A stretch of DNA of 64,000 nt from Candidatus Eiseniibacteriota bacterium. Lineage in GTDB: Bacteria > Eisenbacteria > RBG-16-71-46 > CAIMUX01 > VGJL01. The stretch is taken from contig JBHGAY010000003.1 of NCBI GenBank assembly GCA_041946735.1, positions 64,001 to 128,000 of the forward strand. The letters are read 5' to 3'. Made by a program: the position numbers and the translations under genes. This document shows positions 58,301 through 64,000 of the stretch, one piece after another (position 1 is the stretch's first letter; each line of letters opens with the position of its first letter). The notes beneath the pieces were generated by a model. The model ran no database searches, was not told where the DNA came from, and saw only the letters and a program-made list of their open reading frames with translations.

Positions 58301-60039
58301 TCAGGGCTGTAGTCGTCCCCGAGCCACTCGTAGGCGGCGTTGTCGTGAAAGGTCCAGGGATATCCCGGCGCGTCGCTCCACTCCTCGTAGCTGCTCTGCT
58401 CTGTCGGCGGCGCACCGTTGGGAATCTGCGGCTTGCCGGAAAGGGCGCGGTAGACGTTGATCCGTCCGTATCCGAGTTGCGCGGACCGGCCGGTCTCGCC
58501 GTGGTAGGCGTAGCCCCCGACCTTGTCGCAAGTCTCCTGGATCCGCGCGCGAATCTCGGTCCCTCGATAGCTCGGGTACTCGCAGATCAGAAGCGCCGCG
58601 AGGCCGGCGACCGTCGGCGTAGCGGCGGAAGTTCCCGAGAAGTCGAAGAGGTAGTTGCCGCCGTCGAAGCCGTTCGGGTCGTTGTGGTCGACGTAGCCGT
58701 CGTCCCCCTGGATGTCGCAGGCGATGATGTCGACTCCAGGCGCGGCGCAGTCGAGCTCCGGCCCGTAGTTGCTGAACGACGCCCGCTGATCCGAGCCGTC
58801 GGTCGCGCCGACGCTCAGGCACTCCGGGAAGCGGGCCGGATAGCTCAGGCTGTCGGCGGAGTCGTTTCCGGCGGCGAAGACGACGACCGAGCCGAGTCCA
58901 CCGCGCCCCAGCGTGACCGCGTCGCGGATCGCAGCCCGGATCTGGTTGGATGGAGGGCCGCCTCCCCAGCTGTTGCTCAGCACGTCGGCGCCGTTCAGGT
59001 ACGCCCAGGCGATGCCGTTCGCGAGCTTCTCGTCGGTCGTGGTCCAGTAGGGATCCCCGGGCTGCGCGTGCTGCCCGACGCGCACCGGCAGGATCTTGCA
59101 CGATCCGGCCACCCCCGCCATCCCGACGCCATTGTTGTCGATCGCTGCGGCAATCCCCGCGCAGGCGGTGCCGTGAGCATCGTAAGGATTGGGGCTCGGA
59201 TCGTCGTCCGGCACGCCGGGAATGAAGTCGCGCCCGGTCAGAAGATTCGCCGCATAATCCGGATGCGACGGATCGCACCCTTCGTCGAGGATCGCGATCG
59301 TCACTTCGGCGCACCCGGCGGAGATCTCCCATCCCTCCGGAGCGTCGATGTCGATGTCTCCCGCGGCATTCAGGTTCGTCTGCACCCAGAACAGCGGGTC
59401 GTCGGTCCAGTGGAAGGTGGGGAGCAGCAGGACGAAGTTCGGCTCGCAGTACGAGACCCCGGGCACCGTGCGCAGCGAGTCGCACGCGGCGAAGACGTCC
59501 CGGGGATCCCGCGCGGGAACGCGAAGCAGGTAGTTCCCCTCCCGCCAGAATGTGCGCTCGGCCAGCTCGAGATGATGGCGAACGAGGAGATCCTGCAGCG
59601 CCGGCTCCCCGGTCTCCGACTCGAACTGCACGAACAGCTCTCCCGACGGGATCACGATCGAGCCACCCGCCTCGTAGACCGGAGTCGCGAAGTCGATGGC
59701 CGGATCCGCGGCAAGGACGCGCGCCGCGCCTTGGATCGACTCCTCCGGCTGCACGGCCGGCAGGCGGGCGAGGAACATCCCCTCGGCCGCGAGCGAGTCG
59801 ACGGCGAGAGCGCCCGCCAGGATCGGATTCCGCCCGCGGGCGGCGTCCCGGTCCGCCGCCGTGATGCCGGCCGCGAAACGGATCGCAATCCGGTCCCCGC
59901 GAACTCGTAGCGGATGGGGCTGGCCATCGAGCCAGACGGCCGCCGGTGCCGCAAGGGAGCCTTGGGCGAGAGTCGAGGCCAGCACCGCCACGGTCAGCGC
60001 GGCCCCGGCCAGGTTGAGACGAGCGAGCATGAGGTTCAT
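55387..60039 (-). CDS. Large secreted S8 subtilase with accessory domains (GEVED-like, FN3-like, Ig, GACC motif) and FlgD-Ig/T9SS-like C-terminus
   Basis: Triad ILDEG / HGTACAG / GTSAATP, oxyanion FAAGN; YGEVED; WTAPGDD; APNPF...IYDVAGRLVRRL...WDGLD. Confidence 0.92.
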   Translation of the reverse strand: MNLMLARLNLAGAALTVAVLASTLAQGSLAAPAAVWLDGQPHPLRVRGDRIAIRFAAGITAADRDAARGRNPILAGALAVDSLAAEGMFLARLPAVQPEESIQGAARVLAADPAIDFATPVYEAGGSIVIPSGELFVQFESETGEPALQDLLVRHHLELAERTFWREGNYLLRVPARDPRDVFAACDSLRTVPGVSYCEPNFVLLLPTFHWTDDPLFWVQTNLNAAGDIDIDAPEGWEISAGCAEVTIAILDEGCDPSHPDYAANLLTGRDFIPGVPDDDPSPNPYDAHGTACAGIAAAIDNNGVGMAGVAGSCKILPVRVGQHAQPGDPYWTTTDEKLANGIAWAYLNGADVLSNSWGGGPPSNQIRAAIRDAVTLGRGGLGSVVVFAAGNDSADSLSYPARFPECLSVGATDGSDQRASFSNYGPELDCAAPGVDIIACDIQGDDGYVDHNDPNGFDGGNYLFDFSGTSAATPTVAGLAALLICEYPSYRGTEIRARIQETCDKVGGYAYHGETGRSAQLGYGRINVYRALSGKPQIPNGAPPTEQSSYEEWSDAPGYPWTFHDNAAYEWLGDDYSPETGETDPKDPDGRANVDAAADRESDAFDDGVTFFPPYIPGQTGRIQVRVCVENEHSIRYDQGQLHLNVWFDWGSDDDYDEQDDWVVQNMAVDPRTWTDPCHTYDIHIPVPADPIAWHVQGAAPDAFLNVRTRITWNDTLAEDDAVAEYGEVEDTRILNFVEMFDRDRGYMSTIQSCPVWLWYDGSQPWTCHPAFPPDAPPNGYMCAEVYAPGYSGDQFAALATPSFDLRELTEATLEFDHSGVEMTTGQVMVHATRANGMVEETGLALYNDPLPQPPCAPVLHESFDLTPWCGDDYRSIEIRLVTLPGDPCGTPLPNYQDWKIDNVVVWGIDRIRPGDATATVTPLGHGRAQLAWTAPGDDQAIRQAETYNIRYGPYPIDASNWRHALWVAPDMVATLPVPDPPGNAATLAVHDLSSGDHHFCVRTLDEFTNISGIQDGGTNQPPAVSAPDSIFAVEGDPVDFDVVATDPDFDRLFLKGAPIPGGAAFTDDGAGTGTFEWTTGSGDAGSYAIVFEAQDWNGATGRDSTVVVVQAGGAISGACCLEDGCCEVLLAPVCVSRAGQFQGAGTDCTPNVCPPNRPDLADHDVGAALLTVTDQGVLGFLDGSHQAGSGFVYPSAGGTNHIYIGGLWIGVDAGYVANRDYDLDPAREWEPAACPDGRIQVSNTGSMQTILGRYADTATGQSHGTVVTQESFAYSAPPAQDDFVIVRYRVANEGNGPLNGLYLGLFVDPDMRGDGSDDVAGTEGGRRLAWITDPGGVHAGIRLLDPLPPGVAPSNLTLIDNATFVYANQYIPDADKYAFLSAADPAHVLAAGPNPADYGLLVAVGPFDLSAGSETAVAFAIAGASSLAELEQNADAAQTVYGGAASGIEESADAGGPARGLTAAPNPFRESTSLRFQAPSGGPLRLSIYDVAGRLVRRLEPPAVLEAGPREIAWDGLDQAGRRVGAGIYFVRVATRESERSLAIVRTR

Positions 60040-60187
60040 GACCATTCCCCCGTTTCTGTTTGGCCATCGGGCTCGGAGATCGGCTACCCTTCTCCGTTTC
60101 GATCGGACTGGCGACGTGGCGCGCGCGAGACCGACATCGATTCTTCCGACGGCAGGGAGCGGATGGGCCGAACGCAGGAGGGGCACC

Positions 60188-60772
60188 ATGGATGTGACCG
60201 CGATCCTCACCCGGGTGGGCGGGGGAGATCGACAGGCGCTCGACGAGCTCTTCCCGCTCGTCTACCGCGAGCTCCGCTCCCTCGCCCGCCTCTACGTGGC
60301 CCGCGAGCGGGCCGGCCACACCCTGCAGCCGACCGCGCTCACCCATGAGGCGTATCTCCGGCTGATCGGGCAGGTGGATCTCTCGTGGGACTGCCGGGCC
60401 CATTTCTTCGCGGCCGCGGCGCAGGCCATGCGCCGCATCCTGGTCGAGCATGCCCGCGCCCGCAGTCGCAAGAAGCGTGGAGGGGGGATGGAGCAAGTCT
60501 CGCTGATCGACATTCCCGCCTTCGCCCCGATCAGCCGCCTGGACCTGCTCGCTCTCGATGAGGCGCTCGAACGTCTCGCCGCGGTGGATCCACGCAAGGA
60601 GCGGGTGGTCGAGCTCCTCTACTTCGGAGGGTTGACCGCGGCCGAGGCGGCCGCGGTGCTCGGCGTCACCTCCCGGACGGTCGAGCGGGACTGGAGCTAC
60701 GCGCGGCTCTGGTTGCTCCGCGAGATGGAGCAGGGGAGGCGGGCCGCCGCCCAACGCGAGGCAGATCCTTGA
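60188..60772 (+). CDS. ECF sigma factor, TIGR02999-like (kinase-associated group)
   Basis: LFPLVYRELRSLA, RERAGHTLQPTALTHEAYLRL, AMRRILVEHAR and RTVERDW..ARLWL. Confidence 0.92.
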   Translation: MDVTAILTRVGGGDRQALDELFPLVYRELRSLARLYVARERAGHTLQPTALTHEAYLRLIGQVDLSWDCRAHFFAAAAQAMRRILVEHARARSRKKRGGGMEQVSLIDIPAFAPISRLDLLALDEALERLAAVDPRKERVVELLYFGGLTAAEAAAVLGVTSRTVERDWSYARLWLLREMEQGRRAAAQREADP

Positions 60773-63700
60773 CCGGGCCCGAGCTGTCCTCCGAGGAGAT
60801 TCTCGAGCAGGCGCTGGCGCTCGATCCGGCGCGGCGGCTCGCCTTCCTCGAGCGAGCCTGCGGCAAGAATCGCGAGCGCTTCGACGATCTCGCCTCTCTG
60901 TTGGCCATCCACGACCGATTCCCCGAGCTGCTGCAGCGCCCCGGCGACCGCGTGGATCCAGCCTCTCCGCTCCCTTCGACGATCGGCGGCTATCGAGTCC
61001 TGCGCGAGATCGGCCGCGGCGGCATGGGAGTGGTGGTTCTCGCGGAGGACGAACGTCTGCACCGGCTGGTGGCGCTGAAGCTGCTGCCCGACCCGCTCGC
61101 GCGCGATGCTGCGGCCCGGGCGCGCTTCGAACGGGAGGCGCAGCTGCTGGCGGCGATGAACCATCCGAACATCGCGACGATCTACTCCCTCGAGCAGGAC
61201 GAAGAGCAGAACCTCCGCTTCCTGGCGATGGAGTTCCTGGAAGGAGATTCGCTCGCGGAGCGGCTCGCCGGAGGCCCGCTCCCCCTGGCGCGGTCGCTCG
61301 CGATCGCGCGGCAGGTCGCCCGTGCGCTGGAGGCGGCCCACGAGAAGGGGATCGTGCATCGCGATCTTAAGCCGTCGAACGTGATCGTCGGCAAGGACGG
61401 CCGTGTCAAGGTCCTCGACTTCGGGCTCGCACGTTCCTTGAGGCGAGAGGTGACGGACGCCGACGAATCGGGGACCGTAATGGGGACTCCCGGCTACATG
61501 GGTCCCGAACAATTCTCCCGCTCCGATGTCGATCCACGGACGGACATCTGGTCCTTCGGCTGTCTGCTCTTCGAATGTCTCTCCGGCGCTCCTGCCTTCG
61601 GCGGCCGCACCCCTTCGGAAGCGATGCGTCTCACCGTATCGGCGAGCCCCGACTGGTCCCGCCTGCCGCCTTCCACTCCGCCGCGCGTCCGTGACCTGCT
61701 CCGCCGCTGTCTCGAGAAGGGCCTCGACGCGCGGCTCCCGAACATCCGGCTCGCGCGCCGGGAGCTCGAGGAGGAGATGGCGGAGCGCTCGATCCTCCGC
61801 CGCCGTCCGCCGCCCGCGACCGTGCGGGGCGCGGCTTCGGCGGGGAACGTCCCGCACCTCCTGGATCGGTTCGTTGGCCGGGCGCGCGAGCAGAGGGAGA
61901 TTGGCCGGTTGCTGCGCCGTTGCCGCCTCGTGACGGTCACGGGACCGGGGGGATGCGGCAAGACGCGGCTCGCGCAGCAGGTCGCCCGCGCGCGGGCATC
62001 CACATTTCGGGACGGCGTTTGGCTCGCCGACCTTTCTGCCGCGGGTGATACGGAGCAGGCGGCGGCGCGGATCGCCTCCGCCCTCCGGCTGCGGGATCGA
62101 GCGATGGAGCATCCGCTCTTCGATTCGTTGCTCGAGTGGATCGGTCCCCGCGAAATGCTTCTGCTCCTGGACGGCTGTGAGCGATCCGGCGAGGTGGTCC
62201 GCGAGCTGCTCGAGCGCTGCCCCCGCTTGAAGGTCCTCGCGACGGCGCTCGGCCCCCTCGGGATACGGGGGGAGGCCGTGCTCCGCCTCGGAATGCTCCT
62301 CGATCCGGAACTCCCGGATCGCTCGACGGATCTCGCCCCCCTACTCGCGAGCCCATCCGTGCAGCTCTTCGTCGACCGATGGGGGCACCCGCTCACTTCC
62401 GAGAATGCCTCGGCCGTCCTCGAGATCTGCCGCCTGGCCGAGGGGATGCCGCTTGCACTCGAACTCGCGGCTGCGGCCGCGCAACTGCTCCCTGTGGCGG
62501 ACCTCGCCCAGCGCCTGACCTCGCGGTCTCCCGTTCCGGGATGGGAGGGCCGGACCGGCTGGATCGATCGCGCGCAATCGCTTCTCGACCCGATCGACCG
62601 CGAAACGTTCCAGCGCCTCTCGGTCTTCCGCGGCGGATGGAGCCTCGACGACGCCGAGGCGGTCTGCTCCGGCGAAGGACTCGCCCCTTGGGATCTCCTC
62701 GACCGGATCGCCCGGCTGCGCGACCGCTCCCTGATCGAGCCGGATGACGAAGGCACGCGAGCGACCGGTCAAGCGCGCTGGCGGATGCTGGAAGCGATCC
62801 GCCGTTTCGCGGCCGAGCAGCTTCCGGCGGCAGAGTCGCAGCGGCTCCGAATCCTCCATCGCGATCACTTCGTCGCGCTCTCCGAACGGCTGGAAACGGA
62901 GCTGACCGGACCCGCGCAGAGGCAGGCGGTTTCACGACTCGAGGCGGAGTACGAGAACCTGCGCGCCGCGCTCGACGAAAGCCTCGATCCGCAGGCGCAG
63001 GCGTCCGAGATCGCCTTGCGTATCGCCGGCAGTCTTGGCCGGTTCCTGCTCCTGCAGGGACGATGGACGGAGGGGCGCACGTGGATCGCGCGGGCGCTCG
63101 AAGCTGCGCGAACTTCTCCTTGGGACGGCCATCATCCCCGGCTCGGGAGAGACGCGACCCAGGCGGCGCCGCCGGCCTCCGCGTTTGCCAAGGCGCTACA
63201 CTGGGAGGCCAACCTGGCGGAACGCCAGGGCGATCTCGAAGCGGCGCGCCGTGCGAGTGAAGAGAGCCTTGCGATCTGGCGCGCGCGGGGCGAAGAGAAG
63301 AACGTCGCCCGCCTCCTGAACAATCTCGCAAACCTTGCGTCAAGACAGGGGAATGCGGAGCGTGCCGAGAGATTGTATGCGGAGGCGCTTGCCATCCACG
63401 AGAGGGGGGATGACCGGCTTGATATGGCCCATATCTGGAACAACCTCGGCGCGCTGCACGCGGGGCGAGGGGACTTCGCCAAGGCGCGATCATGCTTCGA
63501 GAGGAGCGTTGATCTGAAGCGAATGCTCGGTGATCGCGCGGGGGTGGCGGCGGGTCTGCAGAACCTCGGGGCGCTGGCTGGCATCCAGCGGGATTTCGAG
63601 GCGGCGCGGTCCTTCCTTCGCGAGGCGATGGCGGTCCGCGAGGAGACCGGATCGGGAGAGGCCGTGGCGGTCGTCTCGTACAACCTCGGGCAGCTGGAGT

Positions 63701-64000
63701 GCGAGGCGGGCAACTGGGAGCAGGGGGAGGTTCTCCTGCGCCGCTCGCTTCTGCTGCGCCGGGAGCTGGACGATCGTCCCGGCATCGCGGAGGCGCTCGA
63801 ATCGCTGGCCGAAGTGGCGGCGGCGATCGGCGAGCCTCTGCGCGCCGCACGGCTCGCCGGAGCTGCGGAGGCGGCCGGAGGCGGTCCGGCATGGAGTGCC
63901 GCCGGCAAAGACGCGAGCGGCCAGCCCGCTCGATCCGGCGCGCTCGCGGGATGGCTCGCGAGGGCGGAGAACGAGATCGGGTCCGAGGCGTTTGAGGCCG
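60769..64000 (+). CDS. Ser/Thr protein kinase with P-loop (STAND/NB-ARC-like) and TPR domains; runs off the window
   Basis: Manual translation from TTG 60769 (overlaps the ECF stop; not in the ORF track): IGRGGMG, VALK, HRDLKPSN, DFG, GTPGYMGPE, then FVGR...TGPGGCGKTRLA, EGMPLALELAA and TPR-like LNNLA/WNNLG repeats. Confidence 0.92.
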   Translation, partial: MTGPELSSEEILEQALALDPARRLAFLERACGKNRERFDDLASLLAIHDRFPELLQRPGDRVDPASPLPSTIGGYRVLREIGRGGMGVVVLAEDERLHRLVALKLLPDPLARDAAARARFEREAQLLAAMNHPNIATIYSLEQDEEQNLRFLAMEFLEGDSLAERLAGGPLPLARSLAIARQVARALEAAHEKGIVHRDLKPSNVIVGKDGRVKVLDFGLARSLRREVTDADESGTVMGTPGYMGPEQFSRSDVDPRTDIWSFGCLLFECLSGAPAFGGRTPSEAMRLTVSASPDWSRLPPSTPPRVRDLLRRCLEKGLDARLPNIRLARRELEEEMAERSILRRRPPPATVRGAASAGNVPHLLDRFVGRAREQREIGRLLRRCRLVTVTGPGGCGKTRLAQQVARARASTFRDGVWLADLSAAGDTEQAAARIASALRLRDRAMEHPLFDSLLEWIGPREMLLLLDGCERSGEVVRELLERCPRLKVLATALGPLGIRGEAVLRLGMLLDPELPDRSTDLAPLLASPSVQLFVDRWGHPLTSENASAVLEICRLAEGMPLALELAAAAAQLLPVADLAQRLTSRSPVPGWEGRTGWIDRAQSLLDPIDRETFQRLSVFRGGWSLDDAEAVCSGEGLAPWDLLDRIARLRDRSLIEPDDEGTRATGQARWRMLEAIRRFAAEQLPAAESQRLRILHRDHFVALSERLETELTGPAQRQAVSRLEAEYENLRAALDESLDPQAQASEIALRIAGSLGRFLLLQGRWTEGRTWIARALEAARTSPWDGHHPRLGRDATQAAPPASAFAKALHWEANLAERQGDLEAARRASEESLAIWRARGEEKNVARLLNNLANLASRQGNAERAERLYAEALAIHERGDDRLDMAHIWNNLGALHAGRGDFAKARSCFERSVDLKRMLGDRAGVAAGLQNLGALAGIQRDFEAARSFLREAMAVREETGSGEAVAVVSYNLGQLECEAGNWEQGEVLLRRSLLLRRELDDRPGIAEALESLAEVAAAIGEPLRAARLAGAAEAAGGGPAWSAAGKDASGQPARSGALAGWLARAENEIGSEAFEA

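Noticed and set aside
1..64000. Many long overlapping Arg/Ala/Pro-rich ORFs (e.g. 46428-49760 +, 57040-59910 +, 33711-36164 +, 60697-62112 -)
   Set aside because: Shadow ORFs typical of high-GC DNA. They lie antisense or off-frame to genes with clear family motifs and have no motifs of their own.
1..64000. Mobile elements, prophage or defence islands
   Set aside because: No transposase, integrase, phage, restriction or cas motifs were recognised. AddAB is housekeeping repair.

Overview
A 64 kb window from a very GC-rich diderm bacterium. It has a TonB-dependent receptor, a porin, an RND adaptor, four secreted proteins with FlgD-Ig/T9SS-like C-termini and one with a 'TWGK' tail, which suggests an FCB-related candidate phylum such as Eisenbacteria or Latescibacteria (inference only). 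The main feature is a co-oriented 9.5 kb, seven-gene multiheme cytochrome cluster (14474-23994, 47 heme-binding motifs). It appears to encode a complete quinone-to-surface electron conduit: adjacent CbcL-like and ImcH-like inner-membrane proteins, a 13-heme periplasmic cytochrome, a beta-barrel porin, two lipoprotein cytochromes and a c554-like tetraheme, with no catalytic reductase subunit. Other notable loci are a cobalamin riboswitch driving a BtuB-like receptor plus a beta-propeller lipoprotein; a class D sortase next to a tiny Thr-rich LPGTA substrate; a divergent RelA/SpoT-like nucleotidyltransferase; a decayed beta-helix gene; and an ECF sigma/Ser-Thr kinase pair facing a giant subtilase. 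Housekeeping genes include ychF, cysE, cysK, ggt and addAB. No rRNA, tRNA, CRISPR array or mobile element was recognised. All calls come from reading motifs by eye; no searches were run.
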